DNA of 64,000 nucleotides, taken from assembly GCF_000143415.4 (NCBI RefSeq), contig NW_003314318.1, positions 248,001 through 312,000 of the forward strand, written 5' to 3'. How positions within the stretch are numbered: position 1 is the first letter of the stretch; each line of letters begins with the position of its first letter. Under the pieces are notes generated by a model. It had not been told where the DNA came from, made no database searches, and saw only the letters and a program-made list of their open reading frames with translations. This DNA is from Selaginella moellendorffii. Taxonomy: Eukaryota; Plantae; Lycopodiophyta. Of the stretch, positions 25,801 to 38,500 are shown one piece after another. The translations under genes and the position numbers were made by a program.

Positions 25801-27875
25801 ATGACCCGACCTCGAAAATATATTAAAAGATTCCGAGGAATATAGAGAGCATAAATGTTGTCTACAAGTTGGTTAAGTTGCCAAACGCGGGCAACCTTCT
25901 CATGGGGTTGCGTGTAACTCCTGACAAGCCCATGCATTTGATAGAGGAATTCCATATGATGGAGCGAGTGATTGATTGATTGATGGGGTGATTGATTGAT
26001 TGGGATCTCCTCGACCCTTTCTCTCCCCCGGGCTTTTTACTCGCTTTTCATCGTGATCTCGGATCGAGTTTGAGTTTCATCAGAGCACAAACTTCTTTTC
26101 TGATTAAATCCTTGCGATGCTGCAAATGCCAAGCAAACCGCCAAAGCATATCTGACTCTTGTTCGAATCCCTGCAACCAAATTACGAGTGCCGACGCGGG
26201 ATGGGATGAAAATGTGTCGTCTAGGATGAAAGAAAGAGACCCTAGGATTGTTCAAATATAAAAACTATACACGCCCAAAAGAAAAACAATAAATTGGATG
26301 GATCGATCCACCGCTCCCCTGCATTACATTACATGCTCAAACAAAGCAACAAAACAAAAGCCGGAATCTTTGATCCTACGTAGTTTCTTTCTTCTCCAAG
26401 GCCGCGCAGCTTTTATGAGGTGCGGCTCGGGACATATCCAAAGCTTCTGTTGTGTGTTGACAAAAAAGACGCCCCCAAAAAAAGCGTCTTTATTTCCTTA
26501 AAATATTCCATATGATATCAAAAATTTATCTAATTTTTGGCATTCCTTTTGGGCCCCATACCGACATACGATTTACGCGTTGTGTTACGGCCGCGAGCAA
26601 CACGGAGGCCATGGATTCCTGACATTCTTGACGATCCAATCAAGGCCGGAGTGGACGGCCGCGATCCCCCCATGCAGATCCGATGGCCCAGCCGCGCCCC
26701 GCATTTGGGTCCCAGTCCGCCACACGGCGACAAAGCTCGCAACGCGCGCGGCTTTCGTCCTCTTGCGGCTACGCTGACGTGTAGCGCGGGGACCAGTTAT
26801 CCTCCGCCACTTGTGTGCCGGGGAGATCTGGGCCGTCGGATCGACACCCCTTCCCCCAAGCTCTTGGATTGGATCTCTTGCAAAACCCTCTCTCTTTTCT
26901 TTAATCTAGACCTCGACTGCGATGTCTCACCACCCTTCCATCAATCCTCGTTTTCCCTCTTATTCACGAAGTTAAAAGCGATGAGATCTTGTCCATCCAA
27001 GATCCAACCAATATCACGCTCAACATTCCGGCGACAAATCCAATTCCCCCTCCGGCAGCTAAAACTTCGCAATCGCAGCCCCAAATGCCGAGATATAGAT
27101 CGCTCGGCTTAACATTATTGAGTTGGATCCATCGCTTCACATGGACCCAGCGCAAAAAAAATTGGCATTCATCTCGGCCCCTTAAACAAAAGCCCGCACC
27201 ACCCTCAAACAAGCGACATACGTATTTATACATTTTTCTATCTATACTGTTTGTATTACCTACGAGGATGAGGGTCAACAGATCATGGACACGAAAAACA
27301 CGGGTAACGAGACTTTCGTCCTTGTCCGGACACAAACCACTTCTTCTCGTTCGTCGTCTCCGTGTTTTTCCATGGCGGCATGAAGCCATGGACGATTATA
27401 GGCCGAGTTTTGGGAGAGCAAGAAAGAACAAGCTAGTGAAGCACTCGTAGACAAGGAACTCGATCTTGCTGACAATGTCATCCTTGATGAGAGCTTGTCA
27501 AAGTTTTTTTGTTGTTTTGGCTGCTGCTAGAAAAGGAAAATCTAGTCTATTAAGCTATGTGCATTGAGACGAGGAAACTCAAAGAAAAACCACACTCGCC
27601 TTGTAACCAGCGACTCGTAACGATGCACTAGAAAACACAAACAATGCAATCGTCTCATCATCTTCTTCGTCAATTGAAAAACGATTGTCCGAGGCAACCT
27701 TGTGGTTCTTTACCACTGTAGAAGCGAAAACAAAACAGACAAACTAATACCCCACAAGAAGCTTACGTATTTACTTTCTCTTTTTTCACGGGCTTCGAGA
27801 ACTCGGGACTTAAAAAACTCGCTGCATCAACTTTCGGTATCGATGATGGATCGAACTAGTGAGATTGACGAGAAA

Positions 27876-27883
27876 AGAGAGCG

Positions 27884-27921
<38 letters not shown>
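27876..27921 (+). repeat. (GA)n microsatellite
   Basis: Direct reading. A second (GA)n at 28351-28384 lies in the last intron of the phosphate carrier gene. Confidence 0.95.
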
Positions 27922-27923
<2 letters not shown>

Positions 27924-28249
27924 TAAAAAAACTCAAAGTCAAATGCGAGCTTCATGATGCTAGTATGATATAACTCTCTCTTTTCGAGTACATTGCACCT
28001 GTGACTCGATTAAACAAGTGAAAAAAACGAGCCAGAGGATCGCTGCTGCTTAAATTCCTAATGCATCTCTCAAATCTTAAGCACGGCGTCAGACGGATCG
28101 ACAGATGGACTGCTGCACTGAATTTCTCTGGCGATGCGTCACAAAAATATGTACAGAAGAAAAAATGATTATGCGTTATTTTCTCTCTTGACTAGCTATC
28201 ATCACTATCGACCCCCTCCATGCGTCAACAAGCAACATACCTCTGTGAA

Positions 28250-28348
28250 TCATGATGCCGAAGATTCCTCCTCTACGTAAGTTCCTCCACTGGTTGGCCT
28301 GTCCAAGCAAAAGAAGAGAAAAAAAAATTGTTAAGCGTTAAGGTCGTC

Positions 28349-28387
<39 letters not shown>

Positions 28388-29589
28388 CACTTACAAACCA
28401 ATGGAGACCTTCACGGAATCATAGATGAACCACTGCATTGTGACAACAGGACCCACGAGCGCGATGCGAAGCGGTAAGCTTCTCGTGAACAGCCCCACCA
28501 GACCGATTCTCTTGATCGCCTGGAAAACATCCATTAAAAAAGAGGAGAAGACGATTAAGAACCAGGAGACAAGGACACGACGAAACGATGAACAGGGATG
28601 GATGAGGCTTACTTGCACAACAGTCCCTCCCTTGTTATACAAAGAGCTTATTACGTTGTCAGCTGGATTCGACACGACTGTGCCGGTGATCCCCGAAATG
28701 TAAGCCGCTCCACAGGTGACGAGCAACGTGGTCGTCGTAGAGCATTCGCTCCTGGGCTTTTTCACGACGTTACGGTAGATCAAATCGACCGAGTGCTCGA
28801 AAGACGTGAACATGAGCATGGCAACTGCGAGAGAAACGGAAAAAGTGACCAACTGTTTGCGTGAGTTCTGCGTAGAATCTTTACGTCTGCTTACATGGAA
28901 TGTTGCGACTCCACAATGGCAAGAGTCCTCTGTAAAGCCTGGAAAAACACTGTTGATACTAAGTCCTGGAAGAGAAAAGAAAACTAGAAAGAAAGCCCAC
29001 CCTGGAAGCCTCTCGGCCGAGTAGACCTTTGGAAATCCATCGATCAATCCTTTGGCAAAGCCCGGCTGCGCTTGGAGACGAACTTTGATCGATTCGAAGG
29101 GGCAGAGAACAACGTCGGCGATCATCTGTGCGCAGGCGCTGGCGGCGAAGTAGATTGGCGTCCGATACGTGGCCGAGTTCTCGGGGCCAGCGGCATCGCA
29201 GTAGCGATGCTTGAAAAACTCGTAGAGACTAAACTTGCAAGCTCCTTGAGCTCCATAGCCATAGAGCTTCCCTCCCCAGCCTCTCCAAAGCCCAGTAGGA
29301 CCGCGTTCCTTCCACAAGACGCCAAACCCAGAGAGAATTCCTCCGCTATACTTCGCTGGATGGACCTGGAAGAATGGGGAAAGGAGAAAACTCCCGGTGA
29401 ATCTCTACATTCTACAACGATTCTTTGATCGATCTGCCGCCATACCTGCATGTTTACTTTGAGATTGTCGAATGGAGTGACGAGAAAATGCGTCGTCCCC
29501 GCCGAGAGCAATCCTCCTGCGAAGCACGCCGCGTAGTATTTGCTGCTGAAGAGCGCGATTTCTTCCGGGCCCCATTGAATCGCATCCAT
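28250..29589 (-). CDS. PHT3: Mitochondrial phosphate carrier (PHT3/MPT family), 6 exons
   Basis: YYAACFAGGLLSAGTTHFLVTPFDNLKVNMQ, GYGAQGACKFSLYEFFK, LCPFESIKVRLQAQP, QWFIYDSVKV..GLPTSGG; three carrier repeats. Confidence 0.95.
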
Positions 29590-30585
29590 CACCACTATCT
29601 CGCCCTGTCGCTCCTTTCACCCCATTTCTCCCTTAAACCCTAGTGCTAGCCCTAAAGTGGTAGGGTTCTTCGAGATCCAGGCCCTTGAAAACAAACGGTG
29701 GCTTTGCGTATTACGTGGCACCTCCCTTTTTCTTCGTCGCCGCGTCCCACGTGGCGTCTGCTTAGCGAACCATTCAGAATGGAGATACGCCATTGTACTT
29801 TTATTTTTCAGAGCACTGTTTTGAGATTTTTGCAAAAAGTTCATAGTGACATTGCTTTGGAGCCAAATTAACACTTTCAGGATATTCCTTAATAAATATT
29901 TTAAAATATATATGATATATATAATGCATATATGTAAATATGTACTTTTATTTACTTATATAATTTCAGATTTGCTGTTTTTGAAGACTAATAAACATTT
30001 TTGAGTAATACAAATTATTTGACAAGATAACTTCCTTTATATAAATATATTACAAGTTTTTTATTATTTAGTAGTTTTAAAACTATTAAAATTAATACTT
30101 ATTAGGGTACTAAATTACATCTAGATTTTAATAATAAAATACTTTTTCTAATATTTTTTTAATAATTGTGCCTTATACAAAATTTGACTATTTATATAAC
30201 TACTTTCACATATACTATCTGAAAGATCACAATATTTTATATTTTGAGTTATTATATTACATAACAATAGTGGGGACACTACTGCCATGATATTGTATTT
30301 GATAGCTATATAATGTGATTTTACCTGAGCTTTCATGGTGTAAAACCATAGTGGATGATTTTTTTGAATTAATGGATTTAAGTGTTGAATTAAGTATTTA
30401 TTTAGTCATTGTATTATTGATATTACCTATTCCACACATGACCATACCAAAAAAAAACTTTCCGCACATGTTTGTAACTCTTGAAAATTTTCAAATTTTA
30501 CATAAAAATGAGATGAATGGAACTTTCTGAGAAACTCTTTTCCAAAAACTATTCAAATTAACACTTTTTAATGGGAACTCTATTA

Positions 30586-30932
30586 GGATCCTATCCCTTA
30601 CACCTAAAAGTAGGTTATATATGTTCATAAAGTAGGCATAAAGTAGGTTATATATGTTCATTTTGGAGTAACAACAGAGCCCAAAACATTAGAAAGGTTA
30701 TATGTGGTGTGGAGTAAAGTGCCATGTCAATCAAATGCTAAACCAAATTAAAAATTATAAAATTAAAAAAAATTCAAGTGGTAGAATTTAAATAGATTAC
30801 TCCAAAAGGGAACTTCACTATATGTTTACATATTACCATGGGTTTAGTAAAGAACCAAGAGTAAAGATTGGTTCAAATTGAAAACAAAAGGGAAGGATAT
30901 GACTTGACTCTTAGGGTGTAAGGATAAGATTT
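30586..30932. mobile_element. Foldback MITE-like element (~350 bp)
   Basis: Imperfect ~25-bp terminal inverted repeats (GGATCCTATCCCTTACACCTAAAAG / CTCTTAGGGTGTAAGGATAAGATTT), inner inverted pair TTTTGGAGTAA / TTACTCCAAAA, TTA/TAA flanks. Confidence 0.65.
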
Positions 30933-31547
30933 TAACAAACTCAATAAATATAGATTTAGAGAATGATTTGCCCAGTTACTGATAAATAAATTTATTTCAA
31001 ACTTAAAAAATGTATAATTTTTACACTTTGAGGATTATAAGATAGTATTTTCCTTTTTCAAGTTTCTTTGGAAGGATTTTAATTTGTTAGCTTATACCAG
31101 AAATAATCTACAAGAATAGAATATTAAATATTTAAATTTCTCTTAGAATATCCAGATATGTCCATCATTATAAAACATATTTGAAAATTAGTGTTAAGTC
31201 ATCAGTTCTACAGTTTTGCCAAACTTGATTTGTTTGTTTGCTTGTAGGGGACAGAGGTGGTAGTTAATATATGGTTAGATATTCTAGGATATTCTACCAT
31301 CTAATGGTTGTTATTAATTTAGAATAATCTTGTATTTATAAATTATAAACTTTTCAAAATACTTTTTAGTATATTCTAGTTTATTTTATCATCTAAGTTT
31401 TGATATGTAATAATATTAATTTTGTGTTGATAAATTATAAATATAATTATACTGATATACTATTTATTAATATATTATATTAATAAATAATAAGTACTAC
31501 TATTTAAAAACCCAAGTTGTTGATACATAAAATGTATAATAATCGAT

Positions 31548-31647
31548 NNNNNNNNNNNNNNNNNNNNNNNNNNNNNNNNNNNNNNNNNNNNNNNNNNNNN
31601 NNNNNNNNNNNNNNNNNNNNNNNNNNNNNNNNNNNNNNNNNNNNNNN
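31548..31647. other. Assembly gap (100 N)
   Basis: Run of N. Confidence 1.
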
Positions 31648-34600
31648 TAGGGTTCTTTGGTCAATAAGAGGAATATTAAGACAAGGCACTAATGGATCCA
31701 TATGTGGTGCAGTGTTTTGGATCCTATGAAATGTTTCAATCACTACATAATTAAAATATAGACAATTTCTAAAAGATTAGCATGTTGAATGTTATGTTGA
31801 ACTTGTGGCACAATTTACCACAATATGTAAGATAATCCCTTCTTTTGAGCAATGAGCCCTGTGAACAAACTGTATAGGAAAGATAAATTAACACTAGGTA
31901 ATCTACTTTGTATTTTATGTGTGGATGATGATAAAAGCTATAATGCTATTGTTGTCCTATTTGTATGCAACCCAAGTGTTTTGCTAATTTTACCTAGATC
32001 AAATATTAATCTCAAACTCATGGCAATTGTGAAGGCAAACTCAATTATATTGACAATGTAGGATCATAATTATATTGATCTCAAGACATAATATTTACAA
32101 ATCATGGCAATTGAATATAGGATCATGGTGAAGCATTAATATAACTCTATATCTCCATCATGACCATTCTACTAAACAATCCATTTACAAATGATAATCT
32201 CTTGAATTTAGACTTTTTAGAAGGTCACCCAATCTAATACTACTCTAAATATCTTAAAACCCTTAATCAATTAAAAAGAGAGTGCACTTTTCTTCATTGG
32301 ACCTAAATTAATCATCTCTCAAGTTTTTTTCTTTAGTTGTTTATATGCTTGTGAAATTATGGTGTATCCCTAACCAAGCTGTCAAAATATAAAATGATTG
32401 TCCAAGAGAATCTACTTTAGATAAGAATGTTGCAACACTATCGATTGAAAAAGAAGTATCCAATAGTAGTCTCAAGCACACTAGCAAGAGAATTGACTTC
32501 CATTTAACAAGTTAAATAGTTGGACATAATAATGATATACTCATTGTCGATTGTGGAAAATGGTCTATCAAATTAAATCTTACTAACTCAAATGGATGGG
32601 AAATTATAATAAAATTCAACTGTCCTTCTGTAGCATATGGGGGAGTATTACAAATATGAGACCAAATGCAGTTATACACATACTAGATAATATCATATTT
32701 CATTTCTAACTTAATGCACTATGATTAGAAAGATGATAAATAAAACAATTAATATATTGCACCTTGTTGAAGAGACCAAACACACACTTAGATTAATTTA
32801 CCTTTAAACTAATGTCCTATAACCAATTTTGAACCTTGTGTATATCATAAATATGGTCCTCCCTCTAAGTGGATCAAAGTATCATTAATGAAATTGCTAG
32901 TTACCTTAAACATATCATAAAAAACATTGTCCATTATATATTGAAAAGTTTCTAGGCTATTATTCAAACTAAGTGGCATCACAAAGCACTTTTACAAACC
33001 AAATGGTATATAAAAAGTAGTATTAGAAATTTAATATCCTTCTCAATCATCAATATTTGCTAGTATGTAGAGGCAATATCCAACTTCATGAACAAATGGC
33101 TTTGCCCTAGATGAAGATTTATAGTATAAAGAATTGAGTATATATCCATAATTGTCACATCATTCAATGGATGATAATTGATATAAAATTGAATGCTCCT
33201 ATGAGGTTTTATCATAAAATGAGGTTCAAAAGCTTAAGGATATTAAAATTTCTAGATAACACTCTTCTCTAATATCTCTTTGACATTGGCCTATAAAATT
33301 TTTATTTTCTTCAATGACTAATACCAAACAGAAATGTTGATTGAACAATCATCCTCAATAGGAATAGAATGATTTATTGCAATCTTAACCCCAAAAAATA
33401 AGTTAAAGGTGAAGAAATTAGTATATTTCTTGAGTTGATCAAGTATATCTTATAAAGATCATTTGAAGGAACTATAGAAGAGCATAAAGGAAAAACAATT
33501 ATAACATAAAAGTGTTTGAAGTAGAGGTAAAAGTAAAAGGATGGAGTGAAATAAAAGAGAGAGAAGAATGGAAGATTTATAAGGAATTATAAGACAATGA
33601 GGGGAAATCTCAAAATCATATTTGATATGATTATCCTTTAATCAATTTTTATTAATAATAAGGTGATTTGATATTACTTATAAAGACTAAAGCTCAAGCT
33701 CGTGATCACTAATACACATAGTCAAGTTCATTTCATCCCATACATATTCATATGACTAGCTATTGTTATAAAAAATGAAGACTAGCACTACCATACAACT
33801 CAAACATAAATGACAATATATGGCATTAAAATTGAACAATTGAAGACAAACTCAAACTCATATTTGCCAAGACCTTCTATTATAAAAATAAGATTGGAAA
33901 GTAAACACAAAGTGAATTAGTGTTAAGTGAACCTTGATAATACTCAAAAGAAGGATGAAGGAGTCACTAATTTATTCAAGTAAAGATCCTTCACTATTTG
34001 CATAATTCCTTGTTTCCTGAAAAAAACATTTATGTTAAGTCCTTCCACCATAGCAACAATAGAATGTTGCTGATACCAAGATCTCCACGTAAAAAATAGA
34101 AGATGTTAATTTGAGAAACATTAACAATACTGATACAAAACTCCATTAGAACAAGCCTGTCCACCATAGGAAATGGAGCTCAAGTATATGTAACTATAAA
34201 TAAGAAAGGTGATGCCTTATAATGTTATGCCAATTAAAGAGTATTGTCTAGGGTTGTTAGAACAAATTCAAGCAAAAGCCCTAGATAAGATTTTGACAAA
34301 GCCCTAGCCACAACATGCCTAAATTCATTCACTCTAATATATTTAGCTTAAGGTTTCAAAAGCAAATGTCAAATTGTATAACTAACAAAAAAAATGATAT
34401 ATTTTACTAAAAGGTATTGTTATAGTCACTAGCATGTCTAAATGCATGGACAAAGACATTCAAAAAAAGGCTCTAATCCACACAAGTGGTTGCACTTAAA
34501 ATATTGTATATCATCCTTTGAAGATAATTGGGAAACTCATGCAAACAAAGCATCACCTTATGAATGATAAGTGACAATCACTATAAAGTAATTGAACAAA

Positions 34601-34700
34601 TAGTATACATCATCCTTGGGTTTAACCATAGAAGACATTTAACTAGACACAACTATTAGCAAAAGGGATTGAACTACATGCTACAAATGCTACCAATGTA
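31648..34700 (-). mobile_element. Ancient AT-eroded copy of family B (INT, RT, PR and gag remnants)
   Basis: Colinear with the B copies: 32591-32710 with 3121-3240, 32950-33400 with 4530-5010, 33890-34600 with the gag/PR region. Probable 5' LTR remnant at 46196-46336. Confidence 0.8.
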
Positions 34701-35528
34701 GAGAGGCAATTGTAAGTAATCGATAGCCTTAATCCATCCAATAAGAAGGATGAACTTAAAAAAATGGGATATGGCTTTTTACTATTTGGGAATAAGAAAG
34801 GAATAAATGGCATGTGGCCTCATCCTATCTACAATATTCTTAACAAACAAATGGTGTGTAGCCTTACACTATATAGAATATTTTTGGTATCTAATGATCT
34901 TATAATCAAAGATGATTTAGACAATAATTAAGCTAGATATAGTAGGATAGAGCTAAAAAACCTTTGTGAGTGCTCATGATATAGGAATAAATATATTAAT
35001 TGGGGTTTAGACCTATATATAAGAATGGATGGACCAAATTTAATCCCAAATGAATGGTCCATATACTATAGTACTTCAATTAGTGTATTATTTAGCCAGA
35101 GTAATACATGCATATACTTTATGTATTTACAAACTTACACTATCCTCCCCTCTGAAAAATGAAAAGGTGATAACAATAAGTCAAGTGGAACATCTAGAGT
35201 TTATGCTAAGTGATTATAATATTACCATAAGAATCTGAAGTTCCAACAAAACCACCAACAAAGTTGCTAATAACCATGATTAGAACAAAACCCAAAGCCA
35301 TGGCATAAGCATCAATTAACTACAAAATCCCAACACACCAATTGCAACTCTGTGTAAGTGATTAATTTTTCCATTCTACTTTAGTCAATTAACCCCACCT
35401 TTAACCACTTGGAAGAATCTCACTCACAACCTTTATAAATTCTATTCTTGAGGTAGTCCTGTGAATGGCCTCTATGCCATACAACCTTTGCACTAGATCC
35501 AAGTGCTCCACATGTCCAATCCCATTGT

Positions 35529-38500
35529 TGTAGCGCACGTGGTTTTGACCCTTTATCCTATGGTGATTTACCATAGGATAACACCACGAAGCGGAACCTA
35601 AACCCTCTTTGTGCCACGTGACAGATGCCACGTGTCCATGCCACGTGTCCATAGGAACCCGAGGTTCAGGGCCTTGGGCCACTGAACGAAAGAACGGTGC
35701 CAAACTCCCAAGCATGGAGCTAAGGAGTGACGGAACCATACCACGGAGCAACTCCCGAGCATAAAGCCCCAAGGAGCGAAGGGACAGGGGCCCGGAGCGA
35801 CTTGGAACAGTCCTGGAGCAACCAGCATCCCAATGCCAGGACTAGCACGCAAAACGGAGCCAAACGGAGTTTGGCGCTATTTCGGCATACCGGTGGCCTA
35901 ACGTGAGGATATGGGTACTCCACCAACTAGCATGGAATGGAACTTGGGCTTAGACCCAAGCCGGACGCAGAACAAGGACAGGCACGCAAGCGGGAGCTAG
36001 ACTATGCCTCAGGTTGGTCGGCCATGCCCGACCTACCCACTATCCCTACTATACATTTGGAACCCCCCACAGCCCCCCCCCCTTGAGGAACACACGCTTT
36101 GGGCTTTCACCCCAAGCCTCCCTTAGTATCAGGAGTTAGTCTCTGGGACAAGCTTGAAACTTACTAAATATGGAATGTCCTTAGATTGCGAATTTGGACA
36201 CGGGACGAACACCATTGTGTTCAGGACGATCTCTACATTCCGTAGATATGCCAAATGAGCAAATTTGGACACTTTCCATAAATAGCATTTGGGACCAAAA
36301 TGAGACTAACACAAAGGGTATGATAGTGAGGGTGTTTGGCAGACACGGTAAGCTATCATCTAGCAATATTGAGGGACCAATCTCAATATTGCGGGGGTTC
36401 TTGATACTAGCAAGTGCAAGCCAATGACAGGAGTTTCTCAAACCAGGCCGAGTATGCTCAGCAAGAAACACATAGGGTTCCTACCTTATGTTTATCCGAT
36501 CTAAGTACACGGTCATTGACCAGTTTCTCAACTAGCTCAAGTGGGAAACTGATAACGGGTCCAGCAATACCGACCTCCTGCCATCGTGGCAGTAAGGTAA
36601 GAGTGTCCGTAAGGACTAGCCGACAGGTAACTTTCGATACCCGAAGTCACATTCGCGACACTCTCCCCCCCTTGGGAAGATCGACGTCCTCGTCGATGCA
36701 TACTCGAGTCTAGAATACCGCCAAGGAAACAACTCCAGAAAAAGTTCACGGTACTCACACTATGTGAGAAATGCACCAACTTAAATGAGTTAGGGGTAAC
36801 CTCTTTGTCTAACGCGGATGCGCTACCAGCTCAGACACCTTCCGGCCGTCGCTGACAAGGAAATGACCAACAGAATTAGCCACCCTTGCTGCTCTAGTTG
36901 TCACCCAGCTTACAAAAGTGTGATATGCCCTGCCCGCAGAGACATAGAGAGAGGAGCCAGGGGCCCCAACCCTCCTGAGCAAAGAAACCAAACCCGTCGG
37001 TAAGGTTTAGATAGACTACTGTAAACAGGCAGTTAGAGTTGTTTACACGGTCACGCCCTTTTAACGGAACAAGGAACATCGACAAAGAGGCGGGTTATGT
37101 GACCAGTCGACAGTAGCTACCCCATGACTAGAGATTTCACCATGCACACGAAGTGCCGAAGCCAGTCTGCCTATTACTGGCCCAAACTCAAAGATCAATA
37201 GATGGACAATATCAAAGTCAGGGACAATGATATCTTAGAAGCTTAATTATCAGTGAATAAATCTTAGATTAGAACACAAAAGTATTCCAAGTAAGTTATC
37301 ATCCGATAAACCAGTATTATAGTAGATAGGAACCACCAAGATCATCATAATTTGGCAAACACAGGAATGACCATCCAACAAAATTCAAAAGCAAGGGTAT
37401 CATCAAGAAAACTTAATGACCAAACTTAACTATCAAAGATTGCAGATAGAATGCCAAACAACTTACCAAAGAAAACTCAAAGAACACAAAGCATCATCCA
37501 CTGGCAAGCAAAATGCTCGCGAATGTATCACCTAAAGGAAATAACATCCCAATCTATCAGAACTAACTCGAGTAACAACCAACAAAACAGAATGAATGTG
37601 GCAAGACCAACAAACACTCGTTTATGCCAACTATCACGCTAGCTAATCCGAATAGATCCCAGCCAACAACACCAAAGAACTCAAGTTGCCTAAGTAAGTG
37701 TCAGCAACATCCTATCAATGTCTCAAACCCAAGAGACCAATCCAGAGCAAACCACAAAGAACATGTGGTATTGCAAAAAGCCAAAAGCTATCAAAGAGAA
37801 CAACCAACTATCATGAAAGATTGTCAATCATCCCATCAATAAAGAGATGCATAATCATTGTCAAAGAAAGAATCCACCATCCCGCAGAATGGCAAATCAT
37901 TCTATATCAACAATAATCAAGCAAAACCCTTGACAAAGATAATCAACTATCTTATATAATAATCAATCATCACCAATGATTGCTAGATGCAAATACTGAC
38001 TTCAACATCGAAGCTAATGAGCCAAAATGCATTCTCCAATAACTTCTAACAAATGGAACAATGAGCATAAAACTCAAAGAACCAAAAGTTCGAAGAAGTC
38101 TATAGCCAAGTCTTGCCTAATAATGATCACGAGTCTTGCATGGACTAACGTCAATGCTAAAGAAGAAATCATGGTACAACACACAATATCCTCCTCAACA
38201 CATCTATAAATTAAACTTCATAATGTAAAGCTAATGAAGAGCATGTCTGCATCAATCCAAAAGCTAAGCATAATAAAGCTATGCTCAACAAGTGATCATC
38301 AAACGATCCTCCATGAATCCATCTATAGCAAGACGTAACTCACATCATAACAAGCACAAGAAGAATCATCAATGATCGATATATTCCAACTCAAATCCAA
38401 TAAGGATTCAAATATTCCAATATCAATCACTAACTCTTCATCTCGTAAAGTTAGTGTTATCCACAACTAAATCACTTTTCAAGGAAAAGCCAAAGCTCAA

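Noticed and set aside
20087-27481. Many 60-210 aa ORFs upstream of IDD
   Set aside because: Low-complexity or microsatellite-driven, often non-ATG starts, no domains and no coherent splice pattern.
31741-31750. CACTA transposon terminus
   Set aside because: No matching TAGTG end with TSD or subterminal repeats was found.
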